A DNA stretch of 64,000 bases from positions 86,056,001 to 86,120,000 of the forward strand of contig CM097884.1 in the NCBI GenBank assembly GCA_044892505.1. Direction: 5' to 3'. The notes below the pieces were generated by a model. The model searched no databases, had not been told where the DNA came from, and saw only the letters and a list, made by a program, of their open reading frames with translations. Positions within the stretch are counted from its first letter, which is position 1. Each line of letters starts with the position of its first letter. The position numbers and the translations under genes are program-made. The DNA is from Schmidtea nova. Its lineage: Eukaryota. Positions 1 to 10,953 of this stretch are shown here, piece by piece.

Positions 1-87
1 GGCTTTATAGTATATTTAAAATAATTAAATAAACTGTACTTAGTAAACATTTTATATTTTAATCATACAAAAGTTGGCGTGAAAGGG
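1..87. mobile_element. Possible right end of a piggyBac-type element
   Basis: Ends ...GGCGTGAAAGGG followed by TTAA (88-91), matching the piggyBac CCC..GGG/TTAA signature; the other end is outside the window. Confidence 0.35.
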
Positions 88-824
88 TTAAAACAAAACC
101 AAATTTATACTGCTGCGAATTGCATTACATACAAAAAAGGTAGTAGTTGAAAAAGAATTGAAACAGATAGCTAACAACCAAAGTGAACTCCAAAAAAGGG
201 TTTGCTTTGGGACTAAATGTTTCAGTTAAGTTATTTAGTTGGAAAATGAAATTAATTTGGACAGAGATACGTCGGTGATAAAGGTAGTTTTGAATAGAAA
301 AGTTGATCTAAAATGTTATGATCTCAACAAAACCCTTTCAGTAAATTTTATCTTCAAATCTTTGATATTGAAAATCGAAATTGTATATTTTTGTAAAACT
401 CAGATTTTATAAAATTTTATAAATAAAATTTTTTATAAATGAATTCAATTTGACACAAATTTTGATCATTAGTCTGAAAGAATAAACAATGAATAAACAA
501 TGAATAAACAATAATTTTTTTTGTTTTGCTATCTAGAAATTGCAAATAAAAGATTTTAAATTTTAGAATTATAAATTATAATGTTCTTGAGAGGGTTTAT
601 ATTAATATTGAACTGTAAAGATTTTGCGTTTTGAATTATTATAAATTGAGAAATTATTAATATTTTATTTTATTATTCCTAATATTTATCTTTTTTTTAA
701 AAATAACAATGATAATAACAATAATAATGATAGTAGTCAAATTATATAATTAATGTTGTTTTAACTATTGTGTTATTTTATTTTTAAGATTTTTTATACT
801 TTATTAAGATATTATTATCTAGTG

Positions 825-993
825 CAGACCTGCACACTTTAAGAATAATTTCAAGGAAAATTGCTGAGGGCTGTTAAGGTAGTTAATATTAAAGACTAGA
901 TATGATTTAAATAAAAGAAATAAAATGTTTTAAAACATTTTCTATTTATACTTACAATAATTCGTATATTTTTACATTATTTTGAATTTTATT

Positions 994-1069
<76 letters not shown>

Positions 1070-1108
1070 CATCTGACGGTCCCGCAGGCTGTATGTTGTG
1101 CAGGTCTG
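825..1108. mobile_element. hAT (Buster/Charlie-like) MITE with internal (TA)n
   Basis: 12-bp TIR CAGACCTGCACA/TGTGCAGGTCTG; perfect 8-bp TSD ATCTAGTG at 817-824 and 1109-1116; (TA)n at ~995-1067. Confidence 0.9.
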
Positions 1109-1327
1109 ATCTAGTGATTATTATAAGTAAAATTTTATTTAAATAATTTTAATTATTATTTTTTTTTATTTACATAAATAGAAATAATCACTGTAATTTT
1201 ATATTATATTATTTTTAACATAAATTATAAGATAGATATTTTGAAATAACTTTCTTTTTATATGAGAAATATAAATTTTTAATTGTGTCAGTACATCATG
1301 TGATTTTACAGTACAATAGTTACAGCT

Positions 1328-1330
<3 letters not shown>

Positions 1331-1395
<65 letters not shown>

Positions 1396-1412
1396 GAATA
1401 ATAATAATAATA
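1331..1412. repeat. (TAA)n microsatellite
   Basis: Direct reading. Confidence 0.95.
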
Positions 1413-1459
1413 AAATAGAAAAATTTTTATTTAAGATTTACAAAAATAATTAATTAACG

Positions 1460-1803
1460 TATAAAGTCTAATAATAATTAACGTATAATGAGGTTATACG
1501 TAATATATCTATATGCCGGAAATATTTCTGGTTCATAAAAACATTCAAGATTACTTGATAATTTATTTAGATTGGCACATGTTCCAATATTTGTAGTAGC
1601 TGTAATTGATTGTATTTTCAAATCACTTATAATAATTCTTCAGCTTTAAGAAACTCTTTACATCCCATTATTCTACATTTCACTGAATTGAAAAATATAT
1701 TTGAATATTTGCCATTCCTATCTACAATTGGTTGTGACTAACCTTTTGGAAATTTTATATGAGAAACACAACATTTGCCTTTGTAATTTATGTTGCTTAA
1801 CAT
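1460..1803 (-). pseudogene. TBP (TATA-binding protein)-like gene of Polinton remnant 1
   Basis: Manual translation: MLSNINYKGK..SQPIVDRNGKYSNIFFNSVKCRIMGCK..(frameshift)DLKIQSITATTNIGTCANLNKLSSNLECFYEPEIFPAYRY. It resembles TBP repeat motifs (LIFxSGKxxxxGxK, IQNIVxTxNL, YEPExFP). Two stops and one frameshift. Confidence 0.7.
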
Positions 1804-1899
1804 TATTCGAATGATTAAGTTTTTAAATAGTTTAACTAAAAGTAAAACAATGAATTAAAACAAATATAAACAATATCGTTAAACAATTAATATTAGAAA

Positions 1900-2510
1900 A
1901 TTGAATTAAGAAATGATGCAGCTTATCAAATTGTTGGTCTAAATGGAAGTGGAAAATCATAATTTATTTGTAAATTATTACAATCTAAATTATTCAAATC
2001 AAAACTTAACAAATGATATTCTCATAAGGGAACTGATGATGAACATAGTATGAATCAAGATCAATTCTGTAAGATTAAAATGAAATTATAATAAAAAGAT
2101 TTGATAAAAATTGGTCGTATAGATTACGAAGTGATGATGTGATTATTATTGATGACTTGTATCAAGAAGCAAATAAAGAAAAGGACTTCAATAATTTATT
2201 TACAAAAATCGCTAGAAACAAAGGTTTTTCAGTTATTTTTATTACTCAGAATTTATTTCATCAGGGCTGCATTCATCGAACACGTAATTTGAATGTTCAA
2301 TATCTAGTTATTTTTAAATATCCTAGAGATGCCACAGTTTTCTTGCAAGACCTTAATAATCAAAATTTCTTGATCAATGTATTTCAAGATGCAACTAAAG
2401 TCCCACATGTCTATATCTTTCTTGATTTTACTCAAAAATGTAGTGATGAATTAGGTGTTAGAACTGAATTTTTTTACAAAGAAGGAGCAATGGTTAATAA
2501 ACAAAGTTAA
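1900..2510 (+). pseudogene. Polinton A32/FtsK-like packaging ATPase
   Basis: Walker A GLNGSGKS, Walker B IIIDDL, SVIFITQNLF and RTRNLNVQYLVIFKYPRD motifs; upstream half broken by stops (ORF track 2139-2510). Confidence 0.9.
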
Positions 2511-2719
2511 AATCGTGTTCCGAATTAATCATGAAACTTAAAGAAAGTGCCAAACATCTAAAGTTATTAAAACGAATCGTGAAACAATAATTCCGTCTAA
2601 AACTAGTTTCACACATCCGAAAAAATTGTTCACCGAAAACTTTCCAAATATTAATCTTATTTAACATAATTGAAAACCAATAACCGCTACGCCAAAAGCA
2701 TCTGCAAGTAAAAAAATCT

Positions 2720-3030
2720 AAAAATCATCGTAGTTTTCCGTTTTTAAATGCATTGCTAAAGGCTCCAAGCAAATGAAGAATGAGTATTTTACAATGGTTT
2801 CCCAATTATGTTATAGATGATTTACTCGACGTTATAGTTAAAGTTGTCAAAGGTAAAATTAATATTAGTAAATCAAATATAACGGTTTTGAACAAACACA
2901 AGAAACCATTACTTTCGCTCGTAAATACTAAAAATCTAAAACCAATGTGTATAATAATATATAAACAATACAGAGGGTTTATTGTAGCATTGTAATCATT
3001 AACATTATCTTTATTAGGGGGTGTAGGATT
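2720..3030 (+). pseudogene. Conserved small Polinton protein
   Basis: FPNYVIDDLLDVIVKVVKGKINISKSN..LNKHKKPL; homologues at ~5700-5780 (-), ~35050-35150 (-) and 52372-52572 (-); always next to Polinton genes where context is visible. Confidence 0.65.
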
Positions 3031-3149
3031 ACAAGGAAAACCCTCAACATCATAAACAATGGGTGAATTACCGATTGGTCATTTACCTAATCTTAAATTG
3101 TATTTTAATTCTGTTTGTGGGAATGTAGAAGATTTGGACAAACCATAAA

Positions 3150-3490
3150 GATCCCCCCCCAGTTTCGATGAAATTGAAAAGCTAAAGAAAAAAGTTCCAA
3201 ACTGTAAAAAAGAGACTCAGAAATGGTTATTTGGACAACTGTCATACAGTCTAAACCAACTGGCATTGAAACCATTTCCAGCAAAAGTATCTAGAACATA
3301 TGACATTATCGACTTGTGGCAATCGGATTTGATGGAAATGATTCCCTATTCAAAAATTAACAAGCGATATAAATATATTTTAACATGTATCAATGTTTTC
3401 AATATATTTGCTCGGGCTATTCCTACAATAGCTAAATCTGTAAATGAAATCGCCGTTGAAAAACTATTATCTAGTAGAGCATTTTCATAA
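3150..3490 (+). pseudogene. Polinton retroviral-type integrase, N-terminal part
   Basis: IDLWQSDLMEM..RYKYILTCINVFNIFARAIP (typical WQxDLxD..YILTxIDVFS). Confidence 0.85.
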
Positions 3491-4299
3491 AAATAAAACA
3501 TTAATAGAAAGACCGGAGCTTTTAGACTCAATATTTGATATATAACAGAGTCTCATGAGCATCTCGGAAGGGTCATAATCAAGATCGCAAATATTAAAAT
3601 TATTGGCTCTATTTATTTTGTGATAAACTTCATCATATTTCAAAATAGCCAGAATGCTATAAATAAAACACAAATCGTCGGAATTTATTACATTAACAGT
3701 AGAGTGCTTTTAAATTAAAGAATTAGGGGTATTAATGTGTCTTCGACCGCTTAAAGCCACAGCTTTTAGTCAAGACAAAATGGATTTCATTGAGTTTATT
3801 AATAACCTAATTATTCATCTTATCGTTTATTAAAGATATTTTCTTTCATTTAAAAGAGTAATGCTCTTATCTAAAGTTATGCCACTCACGAGTCTTGCAG
3901 AATTTGAAATATTGAATAATTAAAATTCACAATCTTTTTCAAATTATATGTCTATACAAAATTGTATTTTGACCATCCCCATTTCATTAATTACTTTGTA
4001 TAATTTATTTGTAAAAATTTCTGGTCAAATTAAAATTTCTAAATTAAGATCAGAAATAACCATTTTAACAATGGCGTTGTATAGCGTTAGGAAGAAAAGA
4101 ACCACCACATTGAACATCTATTAGGGAATTGTCGTCGGAAAAAAATGAATAAGTTATTGTAAGTAATGTATTCATCCGAAATGATAATTATTTCATTTAT
4201 TATAGTATAGTCAACTAAAGTATTAATTATATTATAAATGTGATGTGTTTTCGGTAGAGTTAAATATTTCAGATAATTTGCCTGAATATTTTAAAAAGA

Positions 4300-4523
4300 T
4301 TAATATCAATAATTCCCATAATGGTAAGACTATAGATCAAAATTTCTTTAAATAAGTACACAAAATTTTGACAGAGCCTTTATTAAGTGTGTATACACTT
4401 GATAAAGGCTGTGCCGAAATATTATGTACTTATTTAAAAAAATTGTAATCTATAGTCTTACTATTATAGGAATTATTGATATTAATATTAAAAAAGATCA
4501 AAGGTGAAACAAAAAGATAATTA
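4300..4523 (+). mobile_element. Hairpin-plus-tail element, copy 1
   Basis: ~100-bp inverted arms centred on CAGAGCCTTTATTAAGTGTGTA/TACACTTGATAAAGGCTGTG, plus an unpaired tail AAAGATCAAAGGTGAAACAAAAAGATAATTA; flanking duplication TGAATATTT(T)AAAAAGA. Confidence 0.8.
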
Positions 4524-4739
4524 TGAATATTTAAAAAGAGTTTGGAATTAAAATTAAAAATGAAAATAAATTTTTTTATAAAGCAGTTAAAAAAATAATT
4601 ATTCTTTTTAAATTTTAAATATTAAATCCTTTGGATAATAATTTTAGTTAGTTAAATAATGGTAATTAAAAAAATTAATTTTTTTTTCAATTTAAAAATA
4701 TAATTAAGTTTTATTCATTTTACATTTTTATTAGCTATA

Positions 4740-5330
4740 CGTTGACCACTCAATCATTATGTGTGGAATAACTATATATCATTTTAGCTAAAGGATTTAT
4801 CCAGGTTTCATTCCCCTGAAAAACAAAATATTTTTTTCAATTTATTTCTCAGAGTACGATTGAAACTTTCAGCATCAGTTGCGTTGAATTGAGGAAATAC
4901 CGAATAATGATTAATCCTCTTTATAATTTCTTTAACTTTATTATTGTAGGATTTTTAATATAATAATTAAAAATGTAAATTAATCTTAATTTAAATCTTA
5001 ATTAATTTATTACCTAAACCAGTTTGTAAATTTCGAGGCTTTTCATCTGTAAATAATGTTTTATAGCAATTTCATTTGCAGATTTAGTTCTTGTTGACAA
5101 AGCTTGTACATAGGAACTAAACACATCAATACAAGTCAAAATATATTTTTACCCATTGTTTATTTTATCTTTTAATTTCGATTTAATTCATTTGCCATAA
5201 ATCATCAACACCAATTTCTTTATAACTATACCTCGAAAATCATTTTAACATTGGTTTATTTAAACTATTTGGAAATCGATCCTATAACAACTTTTATATA
5301 TCGGTCATTTGAATTATTTTCTCTTATTGG
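4740..5330 (-). pseudogene. Polinton integrase core (remnant 2)
   Basis: VDDLWQM..YILTCIDVFSSYVQAL..EKPRNLQTGLG..AESFNRTLRNKL; many stops. Confidence 0.8.
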
Positions 5331-5914
5331 AAATTTGTTTATTCCAGCAAACCCATAGGAATCTTTTTCATTTTTTTCTTTTTGGAATTTATTTCCTTCT
5401 TTTCAGTTAATATTTCCTTCTTGTAGAATAATATTTCCTTCGTTATTACAACAAGATGCTAATATATTTAAGTCTAAATTATTTTTATCTGGTATTAAAT
5501 ATTCAGCACCATTTAATAATATAACGATGAAATTTCACTTATTGCTGATAACCTTATTTGAATTAGTGTACCTATAAACTCACTGTTTTGTTTATAGTTG
5601 ATAGTTGTAGTTTTACATAAGATTACGAATGTTTGTGTTGACTAGCTATACCAGAGAATTTTTTGTAGTAAGTCTTTCGGCTTTACTAATACTTAGATTG
5701 TCACGAATTACATTGTCAATAACTTCAAGCAAATCATCACAAACAAATGGAATAAAACCTGTCGAAAAGTCATAAGTTAATAATATATTTTTACCCTGTT
5801 TAATGTTTTAACTTTATTGTTGTTTTGACTATCGGTTTCAACAATAATCAAATTTACAGGTTGAATGATAACTTTCTTGAATGACATTTTTAATTAATTA
5901 ATTTTATGATTTTA

Positions 5915-6530
5915 ATTTAGTTTACAAAAAATACCATTCCTTATTCATTAAAATGATTAGTTCTAATACGTAAATCATCAGAACATTGTTGTGTGAAGTC
6001 TAAAAACAAATATACGTGTGGAACTTTTATTGAATCTTTGAGTGAATTTTAAGTAAAACTTTTCTATCATTAGGATAAATCTGTCTTGCAAGAAAATCAA
6101 TAAGTGTTGTATCTCTAGGGTTTTTGAATATAGCCAAGTATTGCACATTTAAATTCCATGTTCTATGACTTCCACTTTATTCAAATAAATATTGAGTAAT
6201 GAAAATAACTCTAACAACTAAAAGTCTATTAAATTTTGTTAATAAATTATTGAATTTTTTTCTTTATTGGATTCCTTAAACAAATCATTGCAAATTATTT
6301 CATTATCTTGCTGTAACCTAGATGACCAATTTTTATCAAAACCTTGATGGTCAATTTTAATTTAAAAAACTGATCTTGAGTCAATCGATGTTCTTCCTTA
6401 GCTCCCCTATGCCAATATTTTTTGAAATTCGATTTAAACATGTTGGATTGTAAAAATTTGCAAACAAATAAAGTTTTTACACTTCCACTAGGTCCCGCTA
6501 TTTGATAAACCACATCATTTTTAATTCCAT
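5915..6530 (-). pseudogene. Polinton packaging ATPase (remnant 2)
   Basis: YQIAGPSGSVKTLFVCKFLQS, collinear with 1900-2510; the downstream part carries the RNMEFKCAILGY/KNPRD-type region with frameshifts. Confidence 0.85.
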
Positions 6531-6582
6531 TTTTATTTAATTTATTTTTTATTATTGTTTATATTTGTTTAATTAATCAAAG

Positions 6583-6960
6583 ATGTTGAGCAACATCATT
6601 TATAAAGGTAATAATTAGTTCCCGGTGTGATATTTCTAAACGGAAAACCTAAAAGTTTTTGAGATAGAAATGGTAAGTATCCTGTCATCTTTTTTTTCAC
6701 ATTTTGCAAGTGTCAAGTAATGCCATGCAATCAACCTTTATAACCCGTGGTTTGAAATTCAAGATTAGAAATTTAGAAATTCAATCAATCACCATGATGG
6801 TAGATTTCAAAAAAAATTATAAATTTATATGATTTACAAAGACAGCAATCAGTACATATACTGGTACCCAAAATTCGAAAAGCCTACTACTTCAATATTT
6901 ATAACGCAAAATAAAATTCATTCAGAAAATATTTTCATTCAATAAAAATTATATCTTTTG
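6583..6960 (+). pseudogene. TBP-like gene of Polinton remnant 2
   Basis: MLSNIIYKG..FLNGKP..DRNGKYPVIFFS..CKCQVM..FKIRNLEIQSITMMVDF; homologous to 1460-1803 and in the same divergent position relative to the ATPase. Confidence 0.6.
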
Positions 6961-7720
6961 TTATCTGTTTATATTTTTGATAACTTTTATAATTTAGCGT
7001 TTCTTGTAAGTTTTTAACCGAGTAATAATACTTGTTATTTTTGTTGGTAAATATGTACTATTTTTGCTTTTGAATTTTCTTTTTTGAATGTTTTTTTTCA
7101 GTTTTTTATTGAGAATCTTCGAGTTGAGACTTTTTAGCCTATTTTTAACTTGTGCGTTATTTAAACATTATTAAAAAAAATAAAAGAAATTAAAAAGAAT
7201 TATTACATAATCAGTTACGTTATAAGTACGCAATAAAAATAATACGTCGTCTATTGCCTAACAAAGATATATTATGTTATCGAATACGTAATTAATAGTG
7301 TCACTATAGAGTATTTAATAATATTACAATATTACCTAATTACCTAATTACAATATCAATTTACAATATTAACTGAATTCCTCCAACATCTTGGAGGGTC
7401 ACTGTAAAATTATCACTTAAATTAAACCGTTTTGAGATAAATGGCTTGTTCCAGACCGCCATCTTCCTCCAACTATTGTAGGAATTCAGAAGAAAAAAAC
7501 ACTTGCTAACATTGTCAGAAAAAGGAATGAATTTGAATATTTACCAAATAAAAAAGACTTTGATGTCCAAAGATTTCAAGGAAAAAATCAATACAATGCA
7601 AAAAAAGAAAATGAAGAGAAGTTTTTTTCCAAAAGAATCAGATCTTATATTGCGGAAAAATATAAAAATTTATAATAATATTAATTACAATAATTACATT
7701 ATATAAATTATATATGACTG

Positions 7721-7721
<1 letters not shown>

Positions 7722-7786
<65 letters not shown>
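7722..7786. repeat. (TA)n microsatellite
   Basis: Direct reading; other (TA)n tracts at 25851-25900, 29364-29437, 34772-34828, 42926-42982, ~50428-50461 and ~58699-58770. Confidence 0.95.
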
Positions 7787-7790
<4 letters not shown>

Positions 7791-9294
7791 CTTTGTTAGG
7801 GGTTCCATGAGAAATAATAATAAATGGTAAAGACAAATAAAAAAATTTGAACTTATGAATAAAATTATAAACACTAAGTGAAAGGAAAATAATTCTTGTT
7901 TATTGAAAATTAAAAATAAAAGATAAAGTTATCATATCATAATTATATCATAATATATCATAATTTTAGTACCGAATGGTTATCCTTTAGAATTTTATTA
8001 ATTCTTTATTTTATATATTTATTATATAATCATATATAAATTTAATAATACTGAAAATGAATTTTTAATAAATTCCATTGAAATCTTTATGATTATGCTT
8101 TTTTTAAACTTGCCCTTACCATGTAAAATGACAGAAATTAGCGTTTTAATTATATTACTATATATAAGAATACAAATTAATTAAAGATAATTTAAATTTT
8201 AAAAATAATTGAATTAATAATTTTTACATATTTCTGTTGTTGCTAAAATTAAACTGAAATAAAAGTTAAATAAGTTTAAAAAATATTTTTCAAATACTTT
8301 CATTTATAAGTAATATAAAGATTTGATTTATATTTATTTGATTGAATTTGATATTTTTATTTTGTATATATATATATAAATATATAGTTATTTTCAATTT
8401 TTATTACAAACTATGAATAGCATGTTTACGTCATTTATCAATACAAATAAAACGTCTTGATTGTTTAAAACGGTACTTTGTATCATATCGGGACTCAACT
8501 CAAATTTCTACAAAAGTCACTTTTTTTATATAACAATTTCCCCTTGAATCAATTTTCTACTAATTCGTTTCAAATAAATCTGATAATCTCTCTAAATCTT
8601 ATCTCATTTTTTCTTCTCTACTCGAGGCTAAAAGCCGAATTTTTGAAGTTCAGTCTCTTTTATATTCTTCCACTAATCATTTAAATAATAACACCCACCT
8701 AATGTTCTGATATTTTGCCTCTGTATATTCTTAAATAATCATCATAAATAATCAAAAATAAATTTTGAAATAGTCTAGGTTTGAATACACGTTAAGCTTT
8801 AGCTTTTTTAACTACCTTTAATCATTTTCCATGATAATGGCTATCCGAAATTCCTTTTCTTGATTTTCACATTTTTATTTTCATTTTTAATCGTTTCTTT
8901 TCTATTTCAAAAATTTTAATTTTTTTCTATTTTATTAAAAAAAAACTTTTCACAAGTATTTTTTTCAAGTGTGTATTTTTATTTGAGTGTACTTCAAAAC
9001 AGCTGTGACGAAAATTTGTGTAATTTAAAAAAAATTTGGTCTTTAGTTTTAAAAAAAAACATTTCCAAAGGTTTATTAACTGATTACTTAATTAGCAATG
9101 TTGAATTCCAATCATTTTTGGGTTCTTTGAACATTTGCTGATAAATTTGTATGTACTATATATTTCATCACTGCATACTTTATTAATTTTCTTAAGTTCA
9201 TTTTCCATTTCGGATAACTATCATATATTTATTCTCCGTAATTGAATATTTGTGCTTATCACAAATAATTAAACTTTTCCTCACTTTTTCTTTA

Positions 9295-9856
9295 NNNNNN
9301 NNNNNNNNNNNNNNNNNNNNNNNNNNNNNNNNNNNNNNNNNNNNNNNNNNNNNNNNNNNNNNNNNNNNNNNNNNNNNNNNNNNNNNNNNNNNNNNNNNNN
9401 NNNNNNNNNNNNNNNNNNNNNNNNNNNNNNNNNNNNNNNNNNNNNNNNNNNNNNNNNNNNNNNNNNNNNNNNNNNNNNNNNNNNNNNNNNNNNNNNNNNN
9501 NNNNNNNNNNNNNNNNNNNNNNNNNNNNNNNNNNNNNNNNNNNNNNNNNNNNNNNNNNNNNNNNNNNNNNNNNNNNNNNNNNNNNNNNNNNNNNNNNNNN
9601 NNNNNNNNNNNNNNNNNNNNNNNNNNNNNNNNNNNNNNNNNNNNNNNNNNNNNNNNNNNNNNNNNNNNNNNNNNNNNNNNNNNNNNNNNNNNNNNNNNNN
9701 NNNNNNNNNNNNNNNNNNNNNNNNNNNNNNNNNNNNNNNNNNNNNNNNNNNNNNNNNNNNNNNNNNNNNNNNNNNNNNNNNNNNNNNNNNNNNNNNNNNN
9801 NNNNNNNNNNNNNNNNNNNNNNNNNNNNNNNNNNNNNNNNNNNNNNNNNNNNNNNN
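9295..9856. other. Assembly gap
   Basis: N run; other gaps at 41808-42152, 49316-49578, 49787-49997, 57290-57545 and 57732-57920. Confidence 1.
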
Positions 9857-10048
9857 AGCGTAATAAGGAATGGGTAGATAACCATAGCCAGCAACATTCC
9901 CATGGTCACAGAAATAGCAACATTTTAATGAATAGAGTGTAGATTCTGTCACTAAAGTTTTAGTGATAAATCTATGTAAGTATTTCATGTTAAATTCATA
10001 ACATAAAAATATTATATAAATACTAAAACAATCATGGCAACGATTTAA

Positions 10049-10515
10049 TTAATGAAAAATGCCATTTATATAACATCCAAACTATATATTTCGGCAGACT
10101 CCCTCCCATCTTCAGGTATCCAGAAAAAAAATTATATTAAAGTAAATTTCTAGAAACAAATTAGAAAATATAATTAGAAAAAGATTTAAAATTTTTAAAT
10201 ATTATTTCGAAATATAATTTTAATTTAATAAAAATCAATCCACTCATAAATTTTAAAATTATTTTTTAATAATAAATCAATAAATTTTCTTAAATATTTC
10301 TTAAATATTTTATTTATTTAATTTTAACAAAACCAAATTAATAATTCAATTTAATTAATACAACAGCACACCCATACTAACACACAAACTATTAAAAAAC
10401 ATTCAAAATGCTCGTGTTCACCACAATCTGTAAGTTTATTTTTGGATTTAAGGGTCTTATCAATAAGATGGCAAAGAAATAATTTTGGTATTATATAAAT
10501 GGCATTTTTCATTAA
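10049..10515. mobile_element. Unclassified MITE-like element
   Basis: Perfect 25-bp inverted repeat TTAATGAAAAATGCCATTTATATAA at 10049-10073 and 10491-10515. Confidence 0.55.
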
Positions 10516-10953
10516 TAAAAGTATAATTTTATATAATTCAGTTATTTAGTTAATCCTATTTATATTTTGATAATCTAAAATTTACAAAATATAAAAAAAA
10601 TTTTAACAATTATTTTTCAGAGCCTTTGAACAACTTTGAAAATGGCTTATTTCTGATTTTACTTTAATATAATAATAAATATCATGTAAATATAAATATG
10701 ACTATTGTATAAAATTTTATTAAAACAACATAATAATTATTGTTTAAATATAATATTGAAAATAATTCTGAATAATATACCTTTTAATGAATTTAAATTT
10801 TTTTATAAAAATATATTAATAATTGTATTTTAGTTTCACGTTTGATATCTTTTTATTTAATTCAATTTTTTTTGTAAGATACTAACAACCAAAAGATTTT
10901 GATTTATATTCTTACAAAAAATGAATGAAAATTTTTTAATTAAATATACTTAT

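Noticed and set aside
4230-4400. Apparent LINE ORF2-like peptide (..KQVHxISAQPLSSV) read through the hairpin arm
   Set aside because: TSDs show the upstream frame belongs to the interrupted flank; the arm peptide has stops in several copies and the similarity is weak.
7638-7874. ORFs with IYIYIY runs (also 34755-34940 and 58587-58837)
   Set aside because: Translations of (TA)n microsatellites.
8400-8900. Coding-like minus-strand stretch (also ~9860-9950, 15100-15500, 54340-54600 and 55750-56900)
   Set aside because: Multiple stops and no motif I can assign. 15100-15500 and 56200-56900 look related to each other but stay unidentified without tblastn.
9250-9988. Long ORFs spanning N runs (also 41773-42159, 49232-50129 and 57201-57978)
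   Set aside because: Open only because of assembly gaps.
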